Source: an uncultured Chloroflexia bacterium (lineage in GTDB: Bacteria; Chloroflexota; Ktedonobacteria; Ktedonobacterales; JADMIN01). Taken from it: a stretch of 64,000 nucleotides of DNA. The translations under genes and the position numbers were made by a program. The stretch lies in assembly GCA_963809385.1 (NCBI GenBank), contig CAWEJL010000013.1:14043-78042 (forward strand). The letters run 5' to 3'. The number at the start of each line of letters is the position of its first letter. The stretch's first letter is position 1. Below are positions 42,790 to 53,642 of this stretch, one piece after another. The notes under the pieces are model-generated. The model worked only from the letters and a program-made list of their open reading frames with translations. It made no database searches and was not told the origin of the DNA.

Positions 42790-43443
42790 CTACGCGCCAG
42801 ACGCGGGCAGCGCATAGACCTGGGCGCGCCGGGCGCTAAAGTCGTGCGCGGCGAGCAGGGCGGCGATGGAGGCGGCGATCTTGGCGCCACCTAGCGCGGA
42901 AGGCTCGATGGGGTTGGCGTAATCGGCGGGGTCCGCGCAGATCAGCCGCAACTCGAGGGCGGGCAGCCCGCGCTCGACGGCGTTGCGCAGGATGACGTCG
43001 TCCCACAGCGCGGCGCCAACAGTCGCCACGCGCTGGAAGGCGGGATCGGGCGAGGCGCCGTTGTAGACCGTGCAGAGCGCCGTGGGCAGGTCGCGGGCGA
43101 GGACGGCGTCCAGCATGCGGCGGTAGGACTTCTCGAACTGGTTCCGCAGCGTGGCGAAGCGAGCGAACGCCTCGGCGATGGTGCGAACAGGCTCGTTGAG
43201 CGCGCTGAGCAGGCCGAGGACGTCGTTGCCGCCAACACTGATGACAAGGTGGGTGGCGCCGGCGGGCATGCCCTCAAGTTGGTAGTGGATGCTGTCGGTC
43301 ACGTTCCCATCCACCGCCAGCAGCGTAGCCTGCCAGCCATCGGGGAGCCGCCCGCGAAGCTGGTGGATCACGTCGGGCTCGCCAGCGCGGACATACGCCT
43401 TGTTATCAAAGATCGAATCACCCAGTAAAACGACGTGCGGCAT
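42790..43443 (-). CDS. SGNH/GDSL hydrolase
   Basis: LLGDSIFDN, SVGGND, NPIEPS. Confidence 0.85.
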   Translation of the reverse strand: MPHVVLLGDSIFDNKAYVRAGEPDVIHQLRGRLPDGWQATLLAVDGNVTDSIHYQLEGMPAGATHLVISVGGNDVLGLLSALNEPVRTIAEAFARFATLRNQFEKSYRRMLDAVLARDLPTALCTVYNGASPDPAFQRVATVGAALWDDVILRNAVERGLPALELRLICADPADYANPIEPSALGGAKIAASIAALLAAHDFSARRAQVYALPASGA

Positions 43444-43541
43444 AACAGGCGCCCTCCTCCAGAAATCGGAGAACCCTCGCAACAGCCACGAGCGGACCCC
43501 ATCTCATCACTCACTCTACAACCGGGCGACCGCCCTTTGCT

Positions 43542-45947
43542 TCACAGATCACCCGGCAGCGGGTACGCCTCTTCCTCGTCGCTGAAGGGGTCCAGCGCGC
43601 GGGCGGGCAGGCGCGGGCCGCGCAGGCGCGCGGCCAGGCCGGTGTTGCGCGCGGCGCGGGAACTGTTCTCCACCGCATGCCGCAGCGCGCGTGGGTCGCC
43701 GACCACCACGCACAGCCGCCGCGCCCGCGTGATCGCCGTGTAGAGCAGCGTCCGCTGCAAGAGCAGGTAGTGCTGCGTCACCAGCGGGATGACCACGCAG
43801 GGGTACTCGCTGCCCTGCGCGCGGTGGATGGTGCAGGCGTAGGCCAGCGTTAGCTCGTCCAGTTCGTGCGCCTCGTAGGTGATGAGCAGCTCGCCCTCGC
43901 CATCGGGGTAGCTGACCGCGACGCGGCCCTCCGCCACGTCCGCCGCGACGACGTAGCCTGTGTCGCCGTTGAAGACCCCCGCTGGTCCCTTGTCGTAGTT
44001 GTTGCGCGTCTGCATCACCTTGTCGCCGGGCCGCAGCGTCAGCGCGCCAAACGTCACGCCGTCGCCGCCGGGATTCAGCCGCGCCTGGAGCGCGTCGTTC
44101 AGCGCCGTCACGCCCGCCGGGCCGCGATACATCGGCGAGAGCGTCTGGATGTCGCGTATCGGGTCGAAGCCGTAGCGCGCGGGCAGCCGCCGCCCCACCA
44201 AATCCACCACCAGCCGCTGCGCCGCGTCGGGCGTCTCGGCGCGCAGGAAGAAGAAGTCGCTCGACGGCTCCGAGCGCAGGTGGGGCATTTCGCCCGCGTT
44301 GACGCCGTGCGCGGTGACGATGATCGCGGACTCCCGCGCCTGGCGGAACAGCTCGGTCAGCCGCGCGTGCGGGATGCGCTCGCTGGCCAGGATGTCCGCC
44401 AGCACCGCGCCAGGGCCGACGCTGGGAAGCTGGTCGGCGTCACCCACCAGCAGCAGGCTGGCCTCCGCCGCGATGGCGCGCACCAGCCGGTAGGCCAGCA
44501 GGATGTCGAGCATCGAGACTTCGTCCACGATAATGTAGCGCTGCGGCAGCGGGCGCTTCTCGTTGTAGGCGAAGTCGTAGATTCCCGGCTGGAACTCCAG
44601 CAGGCGGTGCAGCGTGCTGGCGGGCCGCCCCGTCGCCTCGGTCATGCGCCGCGCCGCGCGTCCCGTCGGCGCCGCCAGCGCGTAGCTCACGCCCTGCGCG
44701 TCCAGCGCGTCCAGCAGCGCGCGGATCGCCGTCGTCTTGCCGACGCCCGGCCCTCCCGTCAGCGCCGCCACCTTCGAGCGGTAGGCCAGCATCACCGCGT
44801 CGCGCTGCCCCGCCGAGAGCGCCGCCCCAACCGTGCGCCGGCCATTCATGGCCGCGTCTTGCCCCGCGCCAACCGTGCGCCGGCCATTCATGGCCGCGTC
44901 CCCTCCCTCTACCGTGCGCCGGCCATTCATGGCCGCGTCCTGCCCCGCGCCGCCCGTGCGCGCGATGGCGGCGAAGATCCCCTCCCACGCCGCGTCGCTG
45001 ACTGGCGGCAGCGCGGACGGCGCGTTGAGCAGCAGCCGCAGCCGCCGCGCCGTCCCGTTCTCGGCGTAGAAGAACGGCGCGAGATAGATGTGGTCCTCGC
45101 CGCCATCGGGGTCCGGCTCGATGAAGATTTCCTTCTCCACCGCCAGTTGCGACAGCGCCGGCTCCAGCGCCTCGATGGGCGTCTCCAGCAGCGCGGCGGC
45201 GCGGATGAGCAGCTCCTCGCGCGGCAGGTAGCAGTGGCCGTCAGATGACGCCGCCTCGGAGAGCGCGTGCTTGACGCCGGTCATCAGGCGGGGCAGGCTG
45301 TCGCGCGGCAGGCCCAGCCGCACCGCCAGCGCGTCGGCGGTCTTGAAGCCCACCCCCGTCACGTCGCGCTCCAGCGCATACGGGTTCTCGCGGATGACGC
45401 CCAGCGACTCGGCGCCATACTGCTTGTAGATCTTGGCGCCCAGCCCCGGCGAGACCCCATGCCCCTGCAGGAAGATCATGATGTCGCGTATCTCGCGCTG
45501 CGCCTGCCAGCCCGCGACGATCGCCTCCCGCTTGCGCGCGCTGATGCCGTTGACCTCCGCCAGCCGCTCCGGCTCCAGCTCGATCACCGCCAGCGTCTCT
45601 TCGCCAAACCGCTCGACGATGCGCTCCGCCAGCTTCGGCCCGATGCCCTTGATGACGCCGGAGCCGAGGTAGCGCTTCAGCCCCTCCGCGCTGACGGGCG
45701 CGTGCGGCGTGAACGACACGACGCGCAGCCGCCGCCCGTGCTGCGGGTGCAGCTCCCACTCGCCCGTGACCTCCGCCAGCTCGCCGACGTTCACCCCCGG
45801 CAGCGCGCCCACCACCGTCACCAGCTCGCTACGAAACAGCCGCCCGGCGTCATTGGGACTCAGCCGGGCGACGGTGAAGCCGGTCTCCTGGTTGCGGAAC
45901 ACAATCCGCTCGACAGTCCCGGCGATGGTGACGCTGCTCGTCGGCAT
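43542..45947 (-). CDS. recD2: ATP-dependent RecD2-like DNA helicase
   Basis: HhH KGIGPK and GVGFKTAD, Walker A GGPGVGKT, IVDEVSM, GDADQL, FRQA, AYACTIHRAQGSE, YTAITRA. Confidence 0.93.
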   Translation of the reverse strand: MPTSSVTIAGTVERIVFRNQETGFTVARLSPNDAGRLFRSELVTVVGALPGVNVGELAEVTGEWELHPQHGRRLRVVSFTPHAPVSAEGLKRYLGSGVIKGIGPKLAERIVERFGEETLAVIELEPERLAEVNGISARKREAIVAGWQAQREIRDIMIFLQGHGVSPGLGAKIYKQYGAESLGVIRENPYALERDVTGVGFKTADALAVRLGLPRDSLPRLMTGVKHALSEAASSDGHCYLPREELLIRAAALLETPIEALEPALSQLAVEKEIFIEPDPDGGEDHIYLAPFFYAENGTARRLRLLLNAPSALPPVSDAAWEGIFAAIARTGGAGQDAAMNGRRTVEGGDAAMNGRRTVGAGQDAAMNGRRTVGAALSAGQRDAVMLAYRSKVAALTGGPGVGKTTAIRALLDALDAQGVSYALAAPTGRAARRMTEATGRPASTLHRLLEFQPGIYDFAYNEKRPLPQRYIIVDEVSMLDILLAYRLVRAIAAEASLLLVGDADQLPSVGPGAVLADILASERIPHARLTELFRQARESAIIVTAHGVNAGEMPHLRSEPSSDFFFLRAETPDAAQRLVVDLVGRRLPARYGFDPIRDIQTLSPMYRGPAGVTALNDALQARLNPGGDGVTFGALTLRPGDKVMQTRNNYDKGPAGVFNGDTGYVVAADVAEGRVAVSYPDGEGELLITYEAHELDELTLAYACTIHRAQGSEYPCVVIPLVTQHYLLLQRTLLYTAITRARRLCVVVGDPRALRHAVENSSRAARNTGLAARLRGPRLPARALDPFSDEEEAYPLPGDL
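44830..44950. repeat. family B palindromic repeat, 3 copies in-frame inside recD2
   Basis: ACCGTGCGCCGGCCATTCATGGCCGCGTC at 44830, 44872 and 44911. Confidence 0.9.
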
Positions 45948-46003
45948 AAGTGGCGTTTTCCCGGATGGTGAAGGTGATGGTGGTGTGGGCGGGGACGGCC
46001 CCC

Positions 46004-46129
46004 GGCGAATAAATTCGCGTCTGGAGGGCCTGCGGCCACGAGACCCGCCTGCGCGGGTCCAGGTACGGGGCGTCCGCGCAGGCGGACGTTGTGGGCCGTC
46101 GGCCCTTGAGGCGCGGTTTCATCTCGCCC
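46004..46129. repeat. REP-like element, family A
   Basis: same ends and core as other copies. Confidence 0.8.
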
Positions 46130-46196
46130 GCGTACCCTCGCTCGCGCCGCGTACCTTCGCGCGCCGCGTACCCTCTCGCGCCGCGTACCCTCTCGC
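46129..46196. repeat. about 17-bp tandem repeat (CGCGTACCCTCTCGCGC) x4
   Basis: visible imperfect tandem copies. Confidence 0.7.
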
Positions 46197-46361
46197 GGCG
46201 TGCGCTCGCCGCCCCCACAGCGTATCACGCCCGCCGCCACCCTCGCGCCAGCATTCGCCGCGCTACCAGGCTACTTTCTCTGTATAATGGCGTTGGTCGC
46301 TTCTGCCTGCTTGTGATCGCTTCGTACAGAGCGCGCGTGGATGTGGCAAAGGAGAGTGTCT

Positions 46362-47750
46362 GTGGCGGATGAGCAATTGAACGTCTTCATCAGTTATTCG
46401 CGGCGGATTCCGAGTTCGTAGACCGCCTGGACGCCGATCTGCGCGCACGCGGCTTCAGCGTCTGGGTGGATCGCCGCCGTCTGGAGGGCGGCATGGACTG
46501 GGAGCGAGAAATCAACGCCGCCATCGCCCGCTGCGACATCTTCCTCATCTCACTCTCGCCGCCCGCCGTCAACTCCCCCTACGTGCGCCAGGAGTTCGAG
46601 GAGGCCGACCGTCTCAACAAACGGATGCTTCCCATCCTCTACCAGAACTGCGCCATCCCCGCCTGGCTCGCCGCCGCCGACAAAATCCAGCGGCAAGACT
46701 TCACCAACACCAGCGCTTATGCGCTCAACCTGAAGCGACTGCTCTACGCCATCCAAGACCCGACGCTCGACCTGAGCGCCCGCACCGACCTGCTCTACAA
46801 CCAGGCGCTCCGCCTACGCGCCACCGAGCCCGAGCGCGCCGCCATCATCCTCCAACACATCATTGACCGCGAGCCCACCTACTTCGGCGGCCAGGCGCAG
46901 CGCGACCTCGCCGATCTGGAGGCGCAGCTCTACGCGGCGCGTGTCGCCCGGCTGCGCGCGCAAGCCGAGCAGGCCCGCCAGCAGGGCGAGTACGGCGTCG
47001 AGGCCGCCTCGCTGGAGGCGCTGCTCGCCCTTAGCGACCGCGACACCACCGCTACCACCTGGGCGCGGGAATATCTGCCCATCGCCCAGCAGAACCGCGC
47101 CCTCCTCGGCCCCTACGGCGTCATCCAGCAGCGCGTCGCTGACGACGACACGACCACCGCCCGCACGCTGCTCCAGAACCTCTGGAGCCAAGCCCCCTAC
47201 TTCCGCGACCCCGCCAACATCGCACCCGCGCTGGGCCTCTCCGTCCCACCTACCTATGAGCAGATGCAACGGCCGCCGAACGAAAAGCCGCGGAACCGCC
47301 ACTGTAGACCGCTGAGCGCGAACGAAAAGCCATGGTGGAAGCCGCTGAGCGCGAACGTAGAAAGCCATGGTCGGAACGCCCGACTGAACGTGGAAGGTTT
47401 GAACGAGCCTGCAGTCCTGCTACGTGGCGAACTTGTAAACCAGAACATAGCGATAGTCGTGCAAGCACGCGAACTACAGAGGCTACGACTATGATCTTGG
47501 CCGACTCCAGGCCATCAAACTCGCTTATCGACTGCAGATTCGACACGTTATTGCGCCGGAATCTCGCGCTGCTAGGTGACGCCAGACGGCTGGCGGAGTT
47601 GGGACAACAGGCAAACGCGCACCGCAGCGCATCGAACAGATCAAGCGCGACGCCGACGCCGCCCGCGCGCAGGCCGACGCCGCCTACCAGCAGTGGCGCC
47701 AGCTCGCCGAGCAAGTCCTCCAGCAGCGGATCGCGGACATCAACCGGTGA
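46362..47750 (+). CDS. TIR-domain protein with helical and coiled-coil C-terminus (frameshifted; 47280-47620 garbled)
   Basis: VFISYSR / DSEFVDRL / VWVDR..LEGG.DW / LSP.AV.S.YVRQE; AAGGAG RBS before GTG 46362. Confidence 0.75.
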
Positions 47751-47802
47751 GGCGCGACGGTCGGGGAAGCGTGGGAGAGCGCCTCACGTTGGGAGCAACG
47801 AC

Positions 47803-48126
47803 ATGACGACGACGCTATACCTCATCCTGCTGACCTACAGCCGCCCGGCGGAGGAGATCGCCGCCGCGCTGGAGGACCACCGCGCCTACTTGCGCCGCGC
47901 CTACGCCGCCGGACGTTTCCTCGTCTCCGGCCCGCGCGTCCCCGCCACTGGCGGCGTCGTCCTCGCCCGCGCCGCCTCGCTGGAGGAAGCGCAGTCCTAC
48001 GTGCGCGACGACCCCTTCTCCCAGCGCGGCCTCGCCACCTACGAGATCATCCCCTTCGCCGCGCTCTGGTCCGATCCCCGCCTGGCGCCGCTGCTGGCGG
48101 ATGAGCCGCCACCGCAGGGCGAGTGA
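47803..48126 (+). CDS. YciI family protein
   Basis: H..YL......F..SGP.....GGV, DPF. Confidence 0.85.
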   Translation: MTTTLYLILLTYSRPAEEIAAALEDHRAYLRRAYAAGRFLVSGPRVPATGGVVLARAASLEEAQSYVRDDPFSQRGLATYEIIPFAALWSDPRLAPLLADEPPPQGE

Positions 48127-48848
48127 ATGGCGCGCGCGGGGACAGAGGCAGCCTCCTGGTCAGGGATTCGCGTAAACCTGAGAGAACCGGGCACGCGCGC
48201 TATGGGCGTTCCGTTTTCTCGAGCGCCCAGCGCCGTTTCGCGTTTGCGATACCGCAGCAGCATGGAGGTGAATACCAGCAAGAGGACCAGGCCCAGCGCG
48301 AAGAGTGAAATGGCCCCAAGAACGTCGCCCATCGCCTCCCAGCTTGCGCCGAAGAGGAACCCCAGCCCAAGCGTGAGAACCGCGCCCAGCGCCTCGCCCG
48401 AAATGTCATAGAGCAGAAACGGGCGCAGAGGGAACGACTCGGCTCCGGCGACGAGATTCGTGACGCCGCCCAGCGCGGTAAGCAGGAAGCGCGTCAGGAA
48501 AATAGCCCACCCACCATGCCGGCTCACATAGCGGCGCGAGCGCTCAACATCCTGTGGCGTGATGAATCGTTTGCCATAACGCGAACGCGGCAGCCACTCC
48601 AGCGCTTTGCTCCCCCAGAGCCTCCCAACCAGGTAGCCAGCGCAGTCGCCCGCGACCGAGGCGGCGGTTGCGATCACGAGGAGAGACACGATGTTGAAGT
48701 CGCCCTGGGCCGAGAATGCGCCCGCCGCGAGCAGCATCAAGCTGATCGGCAGTGGCGCGCCCGCCGCGCCAACGAAAGCCGAGAGCGCAAGCGCGATATA
48801 CCCGTATGCGAGCAGAAAGCTCAACAAATCGGCAAGGAAAATATTCAT
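48039..48848 (-). CDS. DedA family membrane protein
   Basis: G.PLP...L.AAG, GD..GY..GR, AIFLTRF, N..AG. Confidence 0.85.
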   Translation of the reverse strand: MNIFLADLLSFLLAYGYIALALSAFVGAAGAPLPISLMLLAAGAFSAQGDFNIVSLLVIATAASVAGDCAGYLVGRLWGSKALEWLPRSRYGKRFITPQDVERSRRYVSRHGGWAIFLTRFLLTALGGVTNLVAGAESFPLRPFLLYDISGEALGAVLTLGLGFLFGASWEAMGDVLGAISLFALGLVLLLVFTSMLLRYRKRETALGARENGTPIARVPGSLRFTRIPDQEAASVPARAIHSPCGGGSSASSGARRGSDQSAAKGMIS

Positions 48849-49264
48849 GCCGGCCGCGCCCCATCTGTGGGGGATGCGACGCCAAAGCGACTCCCGAATT
48901 GAGGCGGCGTGGGGTGCGATTGACGGTACGTCAGGATCGCCGTTTGGAGGTCGTGAATCAGCGCGTCCGGCGTGAGGCCCAGACGCCCCGCGAGCGAGGT
49001 CAGGGTGACGTGGCGCACCGACTCCGGATCGGAGATGCGCAGCGATTGCAGGAGATAGCTTTCAGGAACACGATAGACCCTGGCGATGTAGGGAATCGTC
49101 ATCCAGGGGCGAATGCTGCGCACATCACCGCTGACCACCTGTTGATGGGTCTGCTGGAAATGTTGAACCGCCTGTACGGTCCGCACGGCGAAGAAAAGCG
49201 TGAGGCCCAGCGCGAGACAAACGAGGATGCCGAGGCCAATCCGCTTCGCGCGACCAGGCGCCAT
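48845..49264 (-). CDS. membrane-anchored hypothetical protein translationally coupled to dedA
   Basis: N-terminal TM helix, IRPWMT..YIA..Y.VP; ATGA overlap with dedA. Confidence 0.65.
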   Translation of the reverse strand: MAPGRAKRIGLGILVCLALGLTLFFAVRTVQAVQHFQQTHQQVVSGDVRSIRPWMTIPYIARVYRVPESYLLQSLRISDPESVRHVTLTSLAGRLGLTPDALIHDLQTAILTYRQSHPTPPQFGSRFGVASPTDGARPA

Positions 49265-49689
49265 CCCGCGCTCCTCTGCGACTCACGCGACGCTACGGAA
49301 ACGCTCCACGCAACGCACACAGACCAACTCGATGTTGAAACCAAGCCAACCACGACCAGCGCCACACACACGCGACCCAGGCGCCTCCCCCAGTCTAGCA
49401 CGTCCCCTGCTCATCCGCCGTTCCGCATTCCCCCCCACAATTGACGCGCGCTCGATAGCGTCCTCAGGAGCCATCGCATGACCACAACGCCCTGCCGCAT
49501 CCTAGCCGCCAGGCGGCGGAGCAGGAACCACCCCGGGGCGAGCGGTAACGGCTCGCGGCGCCATCGCGCGCCCGCATCTCCCCCGCGAACTGGTACGCGG
49601 CGTGCGGGTTTCCGCCGAAGGGCGCGTCAGCACAGGCGCTGAACGCGAGGCGCCCGCAGTGTCACGCGAGTGAGAAGGTGGTGGACGGC

Positions 49690-50496
49690 ATGGCGATCAC
49701 ACACCCGGTCAGACGTCAGCAGCCGCCAGCCAGCGCGCCGGGCGACCTGGCGCACCGCAAGCTGGAGGCGTTCGGGCGCATCGAGAAGGAGTTCATCGCC
49801 AGCTTCCGCTTCGTCGAGGAAGTCCACGGCCAGCGCCGCTTCACCGCCTTCTCCGTCGCGGACAGCGTGCGCTACCTGCATGCGCTCTCCATCTGCGAGC
49901 GCAAAGACCTGCTGCTCAGCGTCCCCCACACCGTTCAGCGCTACGAGGGCGCGCGCTGCCTGGAGCTGCTGCGCGACTGGCAGGAGGGCCACACCGCCAG
50001 CGTCGTCGCGTTCATCCACCACCGGCTGGACGACCAGCCCTTTGGCGAGCTCTCCCACCAGATCGAAGACGCCACCCACGCGAAGGACGCGCCGCTCGCC
50101 CACCGGCTGATCTCTGGTCGCGCCGTCCTGCTGAATCGCCTCTTCACCCTCGCCTACGCCCTCGACGCCATCTTCGCGCTGGAGCCCAAGCAGCTCCGCT
50201 CCGAGGCGCGGGCGGCGTGCAAGCGCCTCGGACACACCCCCGACCAGATTGACCGCCAGCTCGCTGAGTTGCGCTCGGACCTCTACGCCTACGCGCCAAA
50301 CCCCGCGCTGGCCCGCCGCAACATGATCGTGATGAATGGCATCGGCCTGCACATGACGGACGCTGACGGCGACCGCCCCGGCGAGCGCACCGACCGCGTG
50401 CGCCCGCCCGCCCCGCCCGTCGCGCCCTACGCCGACGCGCCCATCCCCCGCGAAACCACCCAGCTCTCCCTCCGCTGGCGCGCCGCGCGCGACTAA
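49690..50496 (+). CDS. hypothetical protein
   Basis: clean ORF with strong GC3 bias; family not recognised. Confidence 0.65.
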   Translation: MAITHPVRRQQPPASAPGDLAHRKLEAFGRIEKEFIASFRFVEEVHGQRRFTAFSVADSVRYLHALSICERKDLLLSVPHTVQRYEGARCLELLRDWQEGHTASVVAFIHHRLDDQPFGELSHQIEDATHAKDAPLAHRLISGRAVLLNRLFTLAYALDAIFALEPKQLRSEARAACKRLGHTPDQIDRQLAELRSDLYAYAPNPALARRNMIVMNGIGLHMTDADGDRPGERTDRVRPPAPPVAPYADAPIPRETTQLSLRWRAARD

Positions 50497-50501
50497 TCGC
50501 C

Positions 50502-50585
50502 ACCGTGCGCCGGCCATTCATGGCCGCGTCCCCCACCGTGCGCCGGCCATTCATGGCCGCGTCCCCCACCGTGCGCCGGCCCATG
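50502..50585. repeat. family B palindromic repeat, tandem 33-bp units (intergenic)
   Basis: units at 50502, 50535 and 50568 (last one partial). Confidence 0.85.
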
Positions 50586-50710
50586 AGCTGTCTCGGCAGC
50601 CAGCGCCCAGCGCGCCGCCGTTCCTATGCTATACTGCCAATCACGCACGCTTCCAGCGCGTGTAGCGCGACCGCGCGCCCCAGTGGCGGATATGGCAAGG
50701 AGGGCAGGGT

Positions 50711-53110
50711 ATGGGACTGGGCGAGACCGACACCCGCGCGAAGCTGATTGATCCGGCCATCCACGCGCGCGGGTGGACGGAAGAGCTGATCCGCCGCGAG
50801 GAGAGCGCGGGCGCGATCGAGATCGTGGCGGCGCGGCGCGCAAGCGGGCGCGCGGGCGGGTGGACTATACGCTGCGCGTGCGGGTGAACCAGCAGTCGCA
50901 GCCGGTGGCCGTGGCGCTGATCGAGGCCAAGGCCGAGGACCTGCCGCCGACGCACGGCCTGGAGCAGGCCAAGGCTCTACGCCGACTGCCAAGCGCCTCA
51001 ACGTCCCGTTCGTCTTCGCCAGCAACGGCCATCTGTTCGTCGAGTACGACCGCTTCACCGGGCTGACCAGCGCGCCGCGCCCGCTCAGCGAGTTCCCCAC
51101 GCCCGCCGACCTGCGCGACGCGCTACGAGCAGGGCATGGGCTTCCGCCTGACGGACGCCGCCGCCGCGCCGCTGCTGCGCCGCTACCCCGGCGGCGAGGC
51201 CACGCGCCGCTACTACCAGGACGCCGCCATCCGCGCGGTGCTTGGAGAAGATCGCGCGCGCGAGCGGGAGAAGCGCGCGCTGCTCTCGCTGGCGACCGGC
51301 GCGGGCAAGACGTTCATCGCCGTGAACCTGCTCAAGCGCATCGCCGACGCGGGCCAGCTGCGCCGGGCGCTCTTCATCTGCGACCGCGACGAGCTGCGCA
51401 AGCCAGGCCGCCGGCGCCTTCCAGAACGTCTTCGGCGCCGAATGCCGCGACGGTGTCGAAGGGCAACGCCGCAGAAGAACGCCCGCATCCTGATCGCCAC
51501 CTACCAGACGCTGGACGTGGCGACCGACGACGCCGACGCCAACTTCCTGATCGCCAACTACCCCGAGAACTATTTCAGCCACATCATCATTGATGAGTGC
51601 CACCGCTCGGCCTGGGGCAAGTGGTCGCAGGTGCTGACCCGCAACCCCGACGCGGTGCAGATCGGCCTGACCGCCACGCCGCGCCAGATCGAGATTGGCT
51701 CCGACACACGCGAGGCGCAGGCCGACGCCGCGATCACCGCCGACAACTACCGCCACTTCGGCGAGCCGGTCTACGAATACGACATGAGCCAGGGCATCGA
51801 GGATGGCTACCTCGCCGCCTGCGAGATCGTCCGCCGCGATATCTTCCTCGACCGCAACGAGGCCGATGAGCGCGCAGTCCGGCGTCGACGCAGCATGACC
51901 TGTGGAACAAGCTGCTGACCGACGCCCGCACCGGCGCCCCGCTGACCGTCGCTGACGCCCGCGCGCAGTACATCGCCTCCACCTTCGAGGACCGCCTGCT
52001 GCTGCGATGACCGCGTGAAGGCGATGTGCCGCGACCTCTTCGAGCAGCCTGCGCGATACCGGCGGGCCGGAGCAGAAGACGATCATCTTCTGCGCGCGCG
52101 ATGAGCACGCCGACCGCGTCGCCACCGAGATGAACAACCTCTACGCCGAGTGGTGCCAGCGGAACGCCCGGACACCGCGCCGCGCCCTACGCCTTCAAGT
52201 GCACGGCGGCGGGCAATGGCGCGGACAGCCTGCCCGACCTGCGCGGCGCGGCCCGCCACCACTTCATCGCCACCACGGTGGACCTGCTGACGACTGGCGT
52301 GGATGTGCCGGTGGTGCGCAACATCGTCTTCTTCAAGTACGTGAAGCTCGCCCATCAGCTTCTACCAGATGGTCGGGCGCGGGACGCGGCTGGACGTGGC
52401 CAGCGGCAAGCTGATGTTCCGCGTCTACGACTACACCAACGCCACGCGCCTGTTCGGCGAGGAGTTCCTGACCCGCATGCGCGCGCCCGTGCGCCAGACG
52501 CCCCCGGATGACACCTCGACGGAGCCCGAGCCGGAGCGCGTCATCCGCGTGGCGGAGGGCTTCGAGCGTCCACATCACCCCCGCCGGGCATTTCATCCTC
52601 GCCACCGATGAGAGCGGCCGGGCGATGCCCGTCTCGGTCGAGGAGTACAAGAAGCGGCTCTTCGAGCGACTGGTGAAGGAAGCCCCGACGCTGGCGGACT
52701 TCCGCCGCCTGTGGGTCGCCCCCGCCGAGCGGCGGCGGCTGCTGGCGGCGCTGCCCTACGGCGTGAACGGCGCGCAGGCGCTACGCCAGCTCGACGGGCT
52801 GAGCGATTGCGACCTCTACGACGTGCTGGCGGACCTGGCCTACGACCTGGCCCCGCGCACCCGCGTCGAGCGCGCCGACGCCTTCACCGACGGCAGCGCG
52901 GCCTGGCTGGCGACGCTGCCCGGCGAGACCGCCGCCGTCATCCGCGCGCTCGCCACGCAGTTCGCGCTGGACGGCACCGACGCGCTGGAGAGCGTGCGCG
53001 TCTTCGACACGCCGGAGGTGGTCCGCGCTGGTGGGATGACGGCGCTCAGCAAAGGGGGCCAGCCCGGCGACCTGCTGCGCGAGACGAAAGAGCGCATCTT
53101 TGCGGCGTAA
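50711..53110 (+). CDS. hsdR: type I restriction enzyme R subunit (EcoEI/EcoAI-like), multiple frameshifts
   Basis: E.DTR..LIDP, DY....LIEAK, RYYQ, LATGAGKT, DECHRS, GLTATP, LLTTGVD, QMVGRGTR. Confidence 0.85.
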
Positions 53111-53417
53111 CACTGACACGAGGAGTCAGCTTGATGTCGCACAACAACATCTCGGATGATGAGGAGCATTGCGAACAATCGCGCCTCATCATTGCCACGA
53201 AGGATCTCAGAATGCGCGCTGACCGCGCCCCTCAAAGGGCGCGAGCCGCGCGCAACAAGCGCCTAATCACGGGGCTGTATGATAGCCAGGCGCTAGTATG
53301 GATGCCGAAACATAACGGTCGCTGATATCAACTTTGTGCTACACTGCGCCGTAGTTGGTATCAAAAGCGCAATACGAGCGTTGTAACAAACACGCCGGCA
53401 GTGGTTAGGAGGAGAGT

Positions 53418-53639
53418 ATGCGGACAATGAATGCGCGCGCAAGTCATGAGGCGCAGCGGCATCCAGCGTTGACACGCCGAGAATCCGCGATGCTTTCCGC
53501 CGCCAGCGCACCCTCCATGCGCCAGAATATCACGCCTCAGCGCTTCCCTAAAATGTCGAAGGCGGCGCTCGCGTTCGCTCGCCAGATGCAGGCGAACCCG
53601 CATGTGCAAGCTGTCATGCGCGATCTTGCTGACAAGTAG
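53418..53639 (+). CDS. putative antitoxin of the Doc-like toxin
   Basis: AGGAGGAG RBS; 73 aa ending in amphipathic VMRDLADK; 3 bp upstream of the toxin. Confidence 0.5.
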   Translation: MRTMNARASHEAQRHPALTRRESAMLSAASAPSMRQNITPQRFPKMSKAALAFARQMQANPHVQAVMRDLADK

Positions 53640-53642
53640 CGC

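Noticed and set aside
44820-44960. Intein in RecD2
   Set aside because: No splicing motifs and too short; explained by repeat insertion
50502-50585. CRISPR-like array (also 44830-44950 and 46129-46196)
   Set aside because: No unique spacers of CRISPR length and no cas genes; these are tandem REP-type units
53133-53325. Small ORF after hsdR
   Set aside because: No recognisable motif and weak coding signal; cannot be supported as a gene
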